Positions 9,408-20,908 of a stretch of DNA of 64,000 nt are shown piece by piece. Origin of the DNA: an uncultured delta proteobacterium (GTDB lineage Bacteria; Myxococcota_A; Polyangia; Fen-1088); NCBI GenBank assembly GCA_963737265.1, contig CAVTRY010000011.1, forward strand, positions 192,001 to 256,000, in the 5' to 3' direction. The position numbers and the translations under genes were made by a program. Position 1 is the first letter of the stretch. Each line of letters starts with the position of its first letter. The notes under the pieces are model-generated. The model did not search any database. It was not told where the DNA came from and saw only the letters and a list, made by a program, of their open reading frames with translations.

Positions 9408-11523
9408 TTACTTTGCAAGGCGCATGATCTTGGCGCCGTTCGACCAGTAGAGCGCGGTTGCGTCCTGATATAGGCCGTTTTGCGAAACCTGGCCGGTGGC
9501 GAGAGCCTTCTTCGTTCCGGCGCAGCTCGACGGCGAGCACTTGAACAGGCTGCCGTCGCTTTGCAGCCAGTAGACTCCGCCTGCATCTTCGGTTGCGCCG
9601 TTTAGGCTTGCACCTCCGAGATCGATGAGGGACGGCGGCACCGCGGCGGCGTCTCCGGGCAAAGCCACTCGGTAGAGCCCGGCCGGACCGGTGAGCAGTA
9701 CGGACACCGCGTTCACGTCGACGATTGCATAGGTGTCGACGTACAGGTAGCCCGAGAGTGCCAGCAAGTTGGGACTGGATTCACTGACGGAATACAGGAC
9801 AGAATCGTCGACGCTACCGTCCGTCTGGTAGAGTGTTCGAAGAAAATAGACGGCGTCGCCAGACGCGAAAGGCGTGCCGTAGCTCCAGGTAGGTGGAATT
9901 GAATCGGTAAATGTTTGCACGGCGGTGGTGCTGTTGAGCGGGTACCATGTGACCGACGGGGTGCTCGCGGTATACAAGTTGAGCGTCGCGATGTACGGCT
10001 GCGAGGTGCTCTTGAAGGGGACGAGCAGCCCGGCGCCAGGCCCGGTACCCGGAACTGCAACTCTTGTGCTCGCGCACTCGGAGGGATTGGTGGAGCTAAA
10101 CGCGCACACATTGCTGAAATTGTAGTTGCCTCCTAAGAAAAGCTGGTTGCCGATCACCCCTTGGTAGGCGGACACGAGACCGGCGGTGTCGATGATTGAC
10201 CCAGTCCCACCTGTGAGTGTCTTTTGGACTTGGAAGGCGCTGGGGAGATTGGTCACCGCATTCATGACGTAGTAGTATACATAGCTCACGTCGACTCCGA
10301 GAATTGGGGAATACGTCTGCCCAGTATTTCCGACCACCGCGGCTGGCTGGCACTGTCCGGAAACGCACGTTCCTCCGAGGCAACCATGACCACAGGTGCC
10401 ACAGTTGCTCGCGTCGTTGCCGGACGTATTGACACACGAATTTCCGCACACCGTTTGGGAGCAGGCACAACTTCCCGTTCGAGCAGGTGTAGCCGGTCTG
10501 ACATGCGGTCTGGTCTTGCCAGGCGCCACTCGAAGTGCAGATCTGAGGAACCCCGGTCGTCGGATTGCACCGAGTTTTGGTTGGGACGCAGACACCCGTG
10601 CAACCACCGGAAGCCACCACGCAGGCGGAGTCGCAGGTCGTTGCTTGAGGAGTGTTGCAAGTACCGCTAGCGCAAGTCCCGGCGGCTTGGTAGCTGCTGC
10701 CGTTGCAAGACGCGGTTCCACACGCCGAGCTTGGGTAGAAGCATGCGGCGCTCGTTCCGTCGCACTTGCCGGCGCAGGCGAAACCCGCACCCGCACAGGC
10801 CATGTGGTTGATGTTCGGTGTCGAATTGGCTGCCAGCGTTGTGCAGGTTCCGGGCGAGGCGGCAAGGTTGCACGCCTCGCAGGATCCGGTGCAAACCTTG
10901 TCGCAGCACACACCATCGACGCATTTGCCGAGGACGCAGTCGGTGCCCGCGGAACACGCCTTCCCCAAGGGCAAGAGTGCCGGAGCGTCGCTCGGACCGT
11001 CGAGAGCCACGTCAAAAGCCGCATCGAGCGTCGCATCGAGGCCGCTGCCTCCAGCACTCGAGCCACCGCCACCGCTCGCGCTGCCACCTGCGCCGCCATC
11101 CGCGATTCCGCCTCCCGCGCCGCCAGCGCCGCTGTCTCCGGCACTCGTGCCACCGCCACCGCTTGTGATACCGCCGCTGGCGGGTGCGTCGGCGACAGTT
11201 CCGCCGTTGGCGCTGCCACCAGAGCCGCTACCCGCGATTCCGTCGCCCGCACCGCCGGATCCGCTGTCGACGGCACCGCCGCCGGTCCCACCGCTCGACG
11301 ACGCTCCATCGAACACAATTTTGACGTCCGCGATCAGTCCCGCCCCGTCGCTAGGCGCGGCTGCCTCGCTCGCGCCACCGCCCCCATCGCTCTGCTTGCC
11401 ACCGGCCGCGCTATCGCTTACGGGCAGGCTGACCGCCTTGCCGAAACACCCTGATAGGGTGACGATGATGACGAGGGACATGCCGCAAATAACGCGGGTG
11501 GCCGGCAAAGGATAGGGTCGCAT
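9408..11523 (-). CDS. Gly-rich/Cys-rich surface lipoprotein (single-base frameshift near 10475)
   Basis: Lipobox IIVTLSGC, Gly/Ser linker, Cys repeats (CVDGVCCDKVCTGSCEAC; CGNSCVNTSGNDASNCGTCGHGC), beta-rich C-terminus. Removing one G at 10474-10476 joins the two ORFs into ~704 aa. Confidence 0.8.
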
Positions 11524-12298
11524 TAGAAACTTCCTTTCAGCATCATCGCCGCCCCATCCGGAGCCAGAATGGGCAAGAGGGCAACGCCACCCGTCCGGTC
11601 GTTTGGCCAGCCCACGATGTAGAGGACCGCGCCGGTGGCGATGGCGGCGGCGCCGAAGCCATAGCTGACCCATCCCCAGGTCTCCAGCGATTTGCGCTGG
11701 TTTTCCTTATCCACCGTGGCTCCGTGCTTTTGCTCGTCGGAAGAAATGCTCTGCGTCTTCACGGCCAAACCAACGCCGGTTCCGACGGCGGCCAATCCCA
11801 CCGCCGCGCAAACGATTCCATCCACCAGCTGTGGCGCCGGCTTGGCGGACACTGCGGGGTGCGCAACTTCGTCTGCTGGTACAGGCGGCTGCGTCTCCAC
11901 ATGAACTACCTGTTGTGAACTCGGGGCTGGCAATGGTAAAATGTCGCCAGATTGGCCGAGGGACGCTTCGCAGTCGTCGATCTGGCGTTCGGTTTCGGCC
12001 CGGTCGCCGTCCGAAAGATTCTTGGCTTTGCGCAAATATTCGCGGAAACGAAGGACAGCTTGCGACCATCGACCGTTTTGTTGGTAGCAGCGGGCCTGAT
12101 TATAGACATACGTGTAGTCGTTCGTCGAAAGAAAGAGGTCGGTGAGAATTTCAGCGCCCTTCTGGTAGTCCCCCAGGGCGCATGCCCTCTTGGCTGCCTT
12201 TTCCCTGGCGCCCGTCGACGCGACTTTTTCCGCGGAAGCAGTTCCGCCGAGGCAACCATCGCGAAAACAAGGACCAGAGAAGAGAATAAGCGCGCCAT
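11523..12298 (-). CDS. Secreted TPR-like protein with C-terminal hydrophobic segments (single-base frameshift near 12245)
   Basis: Signal MARLFSSLVLVFAMVASA, then in the shifted frame REKAAKRACALGDYQKGAEILTDLF..YVYNQARCYQQNGRWSQAVLRFREYLRK. TAATG overlap with the downstream gene. Confidence 0.75.
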
Positions 12299-12424
12299 GT
12301 TAATGGCATCGTATACCATGCCGTGATTTTCAGCGCATCGGAAAAACGACTTTCGAGGTTGATGACGGATGGCGCCGAAGACCGGTCCGACTTCCACCAC
12401 GGGCTGCTCGGCTCTCGGGGATCG

Positions 12425-13897
12425 TCAGGGGTGGGTCGCGTAGGTGTTTGGCGCCGCTAGACCATTCTTAACACCCGTCATGATTCCACTGACAATCGTC
12501 GGATACACCTGACCGCCCGTGCTTCGGTTGAAGAGGATGTAGTCGCCCCCGTCGTCCCACCAGATGGGGACGATGCCAGCCGTTGTTGTGTCTTGAGCAT
12601 AGGCCAGGGCGTGCGGGGCCCTTTGCGCCGTTAATTGGCCTTTCTGGGATCCCCATTCGCCGACGAAAATGACCTGGGTGGGCAACCAGACCCGGATCGC
12701 CTTGGTAATGGACTCTTCCATGGCGGTATAGTCCGCCGCCGTAGTTCCCCAGTTGACTTGGTTATTGCTCAGGCAGAAATTGGGATTCTGATTGGGGAAA
12801 TAGGTGTGCAGCGAGATCACGAGATTGGGGTCGTTGATAAAGCTCACCTTCTGTATCGACTTGATGCCACCCTCGTCGGGGCTAGCGCCGCACGGTTGGA
12901 TCATGACGATGCGCGTGGCATTGGCTCCGGCGGTGTTTCGGATCGCTTTGAAGCACGCCTCGAGGTACATGTTGAGATCGGTTTGCGCCGTCGGGGTGTT
13001 GTCGCCGTTGTTCACGTTGGGCTCATTGAAGCACTCGAACATCAGGTGACTATTGAAGGACTTGAAGGACGTGGCGATCTGGGTCCAGACCGCCGTGACC
13101 TCGTCCGCCACGCCCTGGGCCGCCGAGGTTGACGCGGGGAAGGTCACCCACCCGCTTCCATTCGCATCCGCTTCGTGGTGGGTGTTGACGAAGACGTACA
13201 TCCCGGCATCGACCGCCCACTGTGCCGTTCGCGTGACCTTGGCCATCCACGCCGAATCGATGGTGTAGGCGGGGCCGGCGCCGAGGTGCTTGGTCCAGGT
13301 TACCGGGAGCCTCAGCGTGTTGAACCCGGCCGAATGGACGGCGTTGATCAGGGCTTGCGTCGGTTCGGGGTTGCCCCAGCCGAGCTCGTCGGGGTCCGCA
13401 TCGAAGGAGTTGCCCAGATTCCAGCCCGGAGCCATGAGCTGGGCGGCCTGCTGCGGAGTGAGTTGCCCGGTTGTGCCGCCGCCGCTGACCGTGGTCCCGC
13501 CCGCACCCGTGGATCCGCCGGTGGTCGCGATTCCGCCGCTCGCCTGGCCTCCCGTGGTTGGCTGCGTCGTTCCGCCCGTGCCGGAAACGCCGCCAGTCCC
13601 AGAGCTTCCACCGGTTCCCGTCGCGCCCGCTCCGGCCGAGCCTCCCGTTGCCACGTTGCCGCCGGTTCCGGGCGCGCCACCTGAGCTGATCTTTCCGCCC
13701 GCTGCGGGTTGGGTCGCGCCGCCGGCGCTGGTCATGCCGCCCGAGCTGGTGCCTCCAGCGCTGGTCGCGCCACCCGTCGTTTGCGCGCCGCCACTGCCCA
13801 GGGCTCCTCCTTCGCCGGTCCCGCCGGCCGGCTTGGACGACGAGCATGCCGCGAGGGCAAGGCTCAAGATGGTAGCGAACATCCAACGTAGCTTCAT
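12425..13897 (-). CDS. Glycoside hydrolase family 5 (endoglucanase-like) lipoprotein
   Basis: AAGGAG RBS, lipobox LALAAC, Gly/Thr linker, GWNLGNSFD, LRLPVTW, NTHH, FNEP (acid/base), HTY, GEWG (nucleophile), WWDDG. Confidence 0.93.
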   Translation of the reverse strand: MKLRWMFATILSLALAACSSSKPAGGTGEGGALGSGGAQTTGGATSAGGTSSGGMTSAGGATQPAAGGKISSGGAPGTGGNVATGGSAGAGATGTGGSSGTGGVSGTGGTTQPTTGGQASGGIATTGGSTGAGGTTVSGGGTTGQLTPQQAAQLMAPGWNLGNSFDADPDELGWGNPEPTQALINAVHSAGFNTLRLPVTWTKHLGAGPAYTIDSAWMAKVTRTAQWAVDAGMYVFVNTHHEADANGSGWVTFPASTSAAQGVADEVTAVWTQIATSFKSFNSHLMFECFNEPNVNNGDNTPTAQTDLNMYLEACFKAIRNTAGANATRIVMIQPCGASPDEGGIKSIQKVSFINDPNLVISLHTYFPNQNPNFCLSNNQVNWGTTAADYTAMEESITKAIRVWLPTQVIFVGEWGSQKGQLTAQRAPHALAYAQDTTTAGIVPIWWDDGGDYILFNRSTGGQVYPTIVSGIMTGVKNGLAAPNTYATHP

Positions 13898-13962
13898 GAC
13901 TTCTCCTTGTGTCTGGCTTCCGGGACCCAGACTAAGGAATGTGGGGCCGTCATTGGAACCTT

Positions 13963-15995
13963 CTACTTCCACTGCGCGCGCAGGTGCCCGGCCACGTCGA
14001 CCCGGCTGGTGACGGCGGCCGCCATGGGGAGGTTCTCGCGGCGTTGTTGGGGCGCGACGTGGTCGAGGTGGGCAAGCACGCTGTCGGCCAGAAAACGACT
14101 GCGCGGCGTGATGACGTGGCGGTCACCGTGACGGCTTTGCTGGCGGATGAAGAAGCGCAACGGGTGGATCATGGTCAGCGTGTTTTTTGCGCGGGTCATG
14201 GCCACGTAGAGCAGGCGCCGCTCTTCTTCGATTTCGTCGGCGCGCCCGGTGGCCAAGTCCGACGGAATGCAGCCGTCGGCCACGCTGAGCACGTAGACGG
14301 TGTCCCATTCCTGGCCCTTGGCCGAATGAATGGTGGACAGAATCAGGAAGTCCTCGTCGAGGTGGGGCGGGCCAGCCAGGGCGCCGGCGCCTTCGGGCGG
14401 ATCCAGCGTGAGTTCGGAAAGGAAGCGCTCGCGCGACGGCGCGGCGTCGGCCAGGCGTTCGATTTGGTCGAGATCCGCCAGGCGCGCGCGCGCGTTGTCG
14501 TACAAACGTTCCAGGTGAGGTTCGTAGAACCGGCGTACGCGCGCGAGCTGGCCCGGCCAGGGCGTGCTGGGCTCGGTTAGGGTCCGCACCATTTCGGAAA
14601 GGGCAGGCCAGTCCTCGGCGGCGGCGGCCGGCGGCGGGAAACGGAGAATGGCCGAGGCGAGGGTTACCCGATCCGTCGCCACCGCGTCTTGAACCCGACG
14701 GGCCAGCACAGGGCCGACGCCGGGCAGAAGTTGCAGCACACGCGCCGATGCGAGGCCGTCGCGCGGATTTTCAGCCCAGCGCAGGCAGGCGAGGGCGTCC
14801 TTGACGTGCGCGGCTTCGAGAAAGCGCAGACCGCCGAACTTCACGAAGGGAATGTTCTGCGCCCGAGCTCGACTTCAAGCGCGTCGCTGTGGTGGGCGGT
14901 GCGGAAGAGCACTGCCTGCTGCTTGAGCAGAACGCCGGCCTCGCGCTGTTCGAGGACGCGATCCGCGACGAAGCTGGCCTGGGCGTCTTCGTCGTCGACG
15001 GTGACGAGCTTCGGTCGCGCGCCGCCCTTGCGCGTGGTGAAGAGATCCTTGGTGAAGCGTTCGGTGGCAAGTCCAATGACGGCGTTGGCCGCGGCAAGAA
15101 TCGGCTGGGTCGAACGGTAGTTCTGCGCCAGTGTCAGCACGGTGGCGGTGGGCGCGAACTGTTTGGGGAAATCCAGAATGTTGCGCACGGTGGCCGCGCG
15201 AAAGGCGTAAATCGATTGAGCGTCGTCGCCCACCACGCACACACCTTTTCCGTCGGGGCGCAGGCGGCGCAGGATCTCGGCTTGCAGTACGTTGGTGTCC
15301 TGGTATTCGTCGACCAGGATGTGATCGAAGAGGCCGGAAATCGCCGCCGCCACGCCCGGGTCGCCCACCAGATGGTACCAATAGAGCAGCAGATCGTCGT
15401 AATCGAGCACCTGGCGGCCGAGCTTGGCCTCCACATAGCCCGCGAACAGCCCGCGCAGGGCATCTTCCCATTCGAGGCACCAGGGAAAGGCATGTTCGAG
15501 ACAAGCGCGCAGCGACGATTGTGTGTTCACTACCCGCGAATAGATGGCCAGCGCGGTGCCTTTACGCGGAAAGCGCCGCTGCTGCTGAGCCAGGCCGGAC
15601 TCGGCGCGCACGGCATCGATCAAATCCGCGGAATCCTCGCGGTCGAGCAGGGTGAAGCTTGGGTCCAGCCCGACGACTTGGGCGTGCTGGCGCAAGAATC
15701 GATTGGCCATGGCATGGAAGGTGCCGGCCCAAGGCAAGGTTCCGTCGAGGTCGCGCTGCCGTCCCGCCAGGCGCGCTGCCCGCCGGATCATCTCGACCGC
15801 CGCTCTACGCGTGAAGGTGAGCAAGAGAATCCGCCGCGGATCCACGCCGCGCTCGATGAGCGCCGCCACCCTATGTGCGAGCGTCTGCGTCTTGCCCGAC
15901 CCCGCACCCGCGATGACCAGCAGTGGCCCGTTGCCGTGCGCACATGCCGCGGCCTGCGCTTCGTTGAGGGGAGCTGCGCTACTTGTCGGGGCCAT
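13963..15995 (-). CDS. UvrD/PcrA-family ATP-dependent DNA helicase (single-base frameshift near 14855)
   Basis: AGAGSGKT, LVDEYQDTN, VGDDAQSIYAFR, QNYRS, STIHSAKGQEW, EERRLLYVAMTRAK. Adding one A restores GRRNIPFVKFGG. Confidence 0.92.
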
Positions 15996-16005
15996 CCAAC
16001 GTATA

Positions 16006-16022
16006 CTAGGCAAATGTTCAGC
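16006..16022 (-). promoter_or_regulatory. Putative LexA (SOS) box upstream of the helicase
   Basis: CTAGGC-AAAT-GTTCAGC, same spacing and GTTCAG half-site as the box at 21649; 11 nt upstream of ATG 15995. Confidence 0.55.
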
Positions 16023-16125
16023 TAGCGCAAGATTGCAGAAGCGTCTTTACATATTCGCTCTGCTTTCTCACGATGAAGGTGCGGCGCTTGTTGCGCAGTG
16101 GTCGCATCGAATGACGTCCAGCGTC

Positions 16126-19100
16126 TCATCTGAAATCGTGGGAGATGTCGCGGGCGCTCTCGGCGCTGTCGAGGAGCCAGAAGCGATCGGCTTTGAGCGA
16201 TGTAACTCCTTCGTGTTGTTGGACGAGGCCGCGTATGACCAGGGCGCGGGCGCTGACGATGAGGGAGCGTTGGGCGGCGAACAGGGCAGCGGGTACGATG
16301 GCGTTGGCGAAGCCGGTTTCGTCCTCGACGGTGACGAAGACGAAACCCTTGGCGGTGGATGGCTGCTGGCGGACTATCACCAAGCCGGCGACCACAGCGT
16401 GTCGGCCGCCGGCTGTCTGTTGCAGCTCGGCCGCCGAGAGCACGCCACGCGCTTGCAAGCGCTCGCGCACGAACGACATGGGATGCGCGCCGGCAGTTAG
16501 CCCGGTGCCGCGAAAGTCGGCGGCGACTTCTTCGCCGGGGGTCATTTCAGGCAGGGGCGAAGAAGAGTGCTTTTTCACCACAGAGAGCACGGAGGGCACA
16601 GAGGGGACAGAGGTCGGAAGGGAATGGGTTCTCGGATACTGAATCCGAGCTCCTTCTAGATCCGTGCCCACTGCATCCTCTGTTCTCTCCGCGCTCTCTG
16701 TGCTCTCTGTGGTGAAAACATCTGGCTGCGCATCTCCAGCTTCCACGCCGGCGAACAGCTCGCCGGCGCTGCCGAAGGCTTCCAGTTGCCACATCGTCTG
16801 CCGACGCGTGCTACCGAGGGCCGCGAAGGCGCCGACCTCGGCCAACGTGGCGCGCTCGCTGGCCTTCAAGTCCACGCGGCGGCACAGATCGCCGAGCGAC
16901 GAAAACGGACGCGCCGCCGTCAATTGCTGGGCCATCTCCGCGCGCAGGCCGCGCACGTATTTCAATCCCACGCGAATGGCGGTGACCGGAGCGCCATTTT
17001 CCCCGCGCACATCTTCCAAGGTGCACGCCCACTGCGAGCGGGTGACGTCCACCGGCAGGCAGGGCACGCCGTGGCGTTGGGCATCCTTCACCAGCGTGGC
17101 CGGGTGATAGAAGCCCATGGGAAAGTTGTTCAGCAGCGCGCACGCGAACGCGGCCGGGTGATGGGCCTTGAGATAGGCCGAGGCGTAGGCGATGAGCGCG
17201 AACGAGGCGGCGTGCGATTCGGGAAAGCCATAGAGCGCGAACGACTTGATGCCCTGGACGATTTCTTCCTGCGCCTTGCGCGCGATTCCCTTGCGGGTCA
17301 TGCCGGCGTACAGCTCGCCCTCGATGACCTGCATGCGCTCGAACGGAGCGCTTGAATCCCATGGCCCGGCGCAATTCCTCGGCCTGCCCGCCGCTGAAGC
17401 CGGCCGCGGTCATGGCGATGCGAATGAGTTGCTCCTGAAACAAAGGGATCCCGAGCGTGCGGCGCAAGATGGGTTCCAGCGACGGGTGGGGATAGCGCAC
17501 GGGCTCCTGACCGTTGCGGCGGGCGAGGTAGGGATTCACCATTTTTCCGACGATGGGACCGGGGCGGATGATGGCCACCTCGACCACCAGATCGTAGAAG
17601 CGTTCGGGGCGCATGCGCGGCAGCGTGGCCATCTGCGCGCGCGATTCAACCTGGAACACGCCCACCGTGTCGGCGGCTCTGAGCATGCGGTAGACAGTCG
17701 GATCGTCGGGCGGCAGATGGGCGAAGTCGATGGCGATGCCGTGGTGGGAACGCAGCAGCGCGGCGGATTCTTCCAGCACGGCCAGCATGCCGAGGCCCAG
17801 CAGATCCACCTTGACGATGCCGAGGTCGGCGCAGTCGTCCTTATCCCATTGCACGACCACCCGGCCAGGCATGGTCGCCGGTTCCAGCGGTACGATTTCG
17901 TCGAGGCGGCCGGATGCGATCACCATGCCACCCGAGTGCTGGCCGAGATGCCGAGGCAAATTCAACATGGCGGTGGCAATGTCGGCGAGCAAGCGCGTGC
18001 GAGCATCGTCGGCGGGAAATCCCGCTTCGGTGATGAAAGCGGACAGCGGTTTGTCGTCAGGCACAACCCAGCCCGGCAAGTGGCGCGCGATGCGATCCAA
18101 TTGCTCTTCGGCGAAACCCAAGGCGCGGCCGCAGTCGCGCACTGCCAAACGCGGGCGGTAGGTGATCACGTTGGCGGTCATGGCGGCACCGCGCGCGCCG
18201 TACTTGCGGTACACGTACTGAATCACTTCCTCGCGCTGGTCGCCCGACGGCAGATCCAGGTCGATGTCGGGCATGCGATCGGTTGCGTTGCTGGCGCTTC
18301 TGACTCGCTCCTCGGACAGGAAGCGTTCAAAAAGTAATTCCATGCCCACGGGATCGACGGCGGTGATGCCAAGGGCATAGCAGGTGGCGCTGTTGGCGGC
18401 CGACCCGCGCCCTTGCACCATGATGTCCCGCTCGCGCGCGAAGCGCACGATGTCCCAGACCACCAGGAAGTACCCGGCAAGTTCCAGCTTGCCGATCACC
18501 CGCAGCTCGTGTTCAAGCTGCGCGCGTACTTTGTTGGTCACGGGTCGGTAGCGGCCGGCGGCGCCTTGCCAGGTCATCTTTTCGAGGAAGCTCTGCTGGG
18601 TTTCGCCCTCGGGTACGGGATAGAGCGGGAAGGTGTAGCCGAGGTCGGCCAGGGTAAAGGCGCAACGTTCGGCGATGGCGCGCGTCGCGTGCATGGCCGC
18701 CGGCACATCGCGGAACAGCGCGGCCATGTCGGCGGGACGCTTGAGGAAGCGTTCGCTGTTACAGGACAACCGACGTCCGATTTCGTCCACGCTGACTTTT
18801 GCGCGCAGGCAGGTCAGCACGTCGTGAACGCGTTGTTGCTTAACTGAAGCGTAGCGGACGTCGTTGGTCGCCACCACCGGCAGGCGATGCGCGGCGGCCA
18901 GCGCCAGCATGACCCGATTACGCTGCTCTTCCTCGGCGTCGAGGTGGCGTTGTACTTCCAGGTACAGTCGTCCCGGAAAGATACCGGCCAGCGCCGGCAA
19001 GTCGTCGCGCGGGTGCGCCCCCGCGAGGGCGACAAGTCCCGCGGCGTGCTCGGCCAGCAGGGCGTGGGTGGCGGCGCCTTCTCCCTTGGGGCGCCCCACC

Positions 19101-19411
19101 TTGGTGGCGGTGAGCAAACGACACAGATTGCGGTAGCCGCGCCGATCTTCCACCAGCAACAGCAGCGGCGGAGCTGGCGTGGCCGCTGCGAGCGCGACCT
19201 CCGCGCCCACGATGGGCCGCAGCCCCAGCTTGCTGGCCGCCTTGAAAAAGCGCGGCGCCCCGCAAAGACCGTCTCTATCGGCAAGCGCCAGCGCCTGGTG
19301 GCCCGAGGCGGCGGCGACCCCGGCCAAGTCCTCCGGTAGCGAAGCCCCGTCGAGAAAGCTGAAGGCCGAGCGGCAGCGCAACTCCACGTAGGGCGTGCAA
19401 GAGTCAGTCAT
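16126..19411 (-). CDS. dnaE2: Error-prone DNA polymerase DnaE2/ImuC (single-base frameshift near 17342; in-frame repeat insertion 16572-16718)
   Basis: YVELRCRSAFSFLDGAS (PHP), GRGSAANS, PDIDLD, RHLGQHSGG, FPESHAASFA, OB-fold AKGFVFVTVEDETG, C-terminal SHDFR. Downstream of imuB. Confidence 0.95.
16572..16718. repeat. Palindromic MITE/REP-like element within dnaE2
   Basis: 19-bp perfect terminal inverted repeat TTTTCACCACAGAGAGCAC / GTGCTCTCTGTGGTGAAAA; inner hairpin CTCGGAT-ACTGA-ATCCGAG; 147 bp (49 codons). Confidence 0.85.
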
Positions 19412-20897
19412 AGTAGCCGTCCAGAAACCACTGCCCGCTGGCGCGTTCTTTGTGCATGCGATACACGGCGCCGTCCGAGGCGTGCACGTCCCAGTATTCA
19501 CGGTGCAGCGGACTGCCGGTCCACCATTCCCCGCTGATGCGGTAGGGACCAGCGGCGATGAGCACGCGCGCCGCGGTCTCTTTTCCGCGAAACGCCGTCG
19601 GGCCATCGCGATTCACCAGCACTTCCACTTCCTGTGGCGGACGAAAGCGGCGCATGCCGAGTGCTGCCGCATCGCCGGGATTCGATTTCGCACCGTCGAG
19701 AATTGTTTCGGTCTGCAAATTCGGAGCATCGATCATCATCGCTTCTTCCCGCCACGTGTCCGCAACCCGCGGCGTACCGATGTATTCGGGCCCCACCATG
19801 GCGCCAAGGCGCGCCACCGTTGCCGCCAGTCGATCCGGGGCCGGGCCGTTTTGCCGTAGCATATCGAGTTGCATCGCCCGCACGCGCGCGGGGCGAACCA
19901 AGATGGTCATACCAGTCACGGGCGCCGAGGGCGCACGGCGTGACAACTCCAGCCGGATCAGCTGCAACAGAATACCGGGCTCGCGCGTGGGCGATTGCAG
20001 CGGCACCTCGCGCACCTCGAAGCCGCGCGGCTCGACGCCAAGGCGCAAGGTCAGCCCGGCGCAGGCCAGCCCGCGCCAGGCCAGCCGCGCCAGCGCCCGA
20101 TCGACAAGCCCGCGCAGCACGAAGGTCAGGGGATCGAGCGAATCGATGGCGTAGTCGAGATCGGTACCTTCCTCGACGGCGTCCGCGGGTGTCTGCGGCA
20201 AGAACGGCTCGTCATCTTGAGCGCGCGCAAGCCGCGCAAGCTTCGCGCCGGTCGCGCCCAGGCGAAGCGTGACGTCCTCCGCGCGTAGGCGGGCAAGCTC
20301 CCCCACCGTGTGCAGTCCCCAACGCGCGAGTGCCTGGGCGATTTCAGGCGGCGGTGCCAGCATGGCCAGCGGCAACGGCGCTAAAAACGCGCGAGCGGCG
20401 GCGGGCGACGGAGGAACGATGGCGATCTCGGCCGTGCGGCACGCGACGCGCGCCAGCCCCTTCGACGTGGCGATGCCCACGCGCACGTCCAATCCCAAGC
20501 GCGCGGCCCGCGTGCGCGCGGCGTGGGCCACGGCGGAAAGGTCGGGATAAAGCTGTCCCAGATCGCCCGCCTCGAAGAACACGCGTTCGACCTCGCTCTC
20601 GACCCGCGGTGCGAACCCGAGCCCCAGGTCGGCCAGCGCCGCCGCGGCCGCGTCCACGTCGGGCTGGCGCGCCGTCACCACCCGCAAGGAAGGCAGCACG
20701 CTTAGCGCCTGTCCCACGGTCATGGCTGGACGAACGCCAGCCGCGGCAGCCGTTACCGCCAGCACTTGCGCCCGCCCGCCCGCGCCCGCGGCCAGCGCGA
20801 ATGCCCCTGTGCGCTCCTGCGCACAGCCAAGAGCGCGCAGCACCGCCTGCAACGCCAGGTCGGGAGCATGAACGCAGGCAATACTGGACACGTGCAT
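19404..20897 (-). CDS. imuB: ImuB, inactive Y-family polymerase homolog
   Basis: GVRPAMTVGQA, FLAPLPL, LARWGLHTVGELA, GPYRISGEWW..REYWDV..WFLDGYYD. Overlaps the dnaE2 start. Confidence 0.92.
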   Translation of the reverse strand: MHVSSIACVHAPDLALQAVLRALGCAQERTGAFALAAGAGGRAQVLAVTAAAAGVRPAMTVGQALSVLPSLRVVTARQPDVDAAAAALADLGLGFAPRVESEVERVFFEAGDLGQLYPDLSAVAHAARTRAARLGLDVRVGIATSKGLARVACRTAEIAIVPPSPAAARAFLAPLPLAMLAPPPEIAQALARWGLHTVGELARLRAEDVTLRLGATGAKLARLARAQDDEPFLPQTPADAVEEGTDLDYAIDSLDPLTFVLRGLVDRALARLAWRGLACAGLTLRLGVEPRGFEVREVPLQSPTREPGILLQLIRLELSRRAPSAPVTGMTILVRPARVRAMQLDMLRQNGPAPDRLAATVARLGAMVGPEYIGTPRVADTWREEAMMIDAPNLQTETILDGAKSNPGDAAALGMRRFRPPQEVEVLVNRDGPTAFRGKETAARVLIAAGPYRISGEWWTGSPLHREYWDVHASDGAVYRMHKERASGQWFLDGYYD

Positions 20898-20908
20898 CTC
20901 GCGGACAT

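Noticed and set aside
13480-13830. Gly/Thr low-complexity repeats in the GH5 protein
   Set aside because: A common lipoprotein tether, not a separate element.
14841-17345. Programmed frameshifting in the helicase and dnaE2
   Set aside because: No slippery heptamer; similar indels occur in unrelated genes, pointing to sequencing error.
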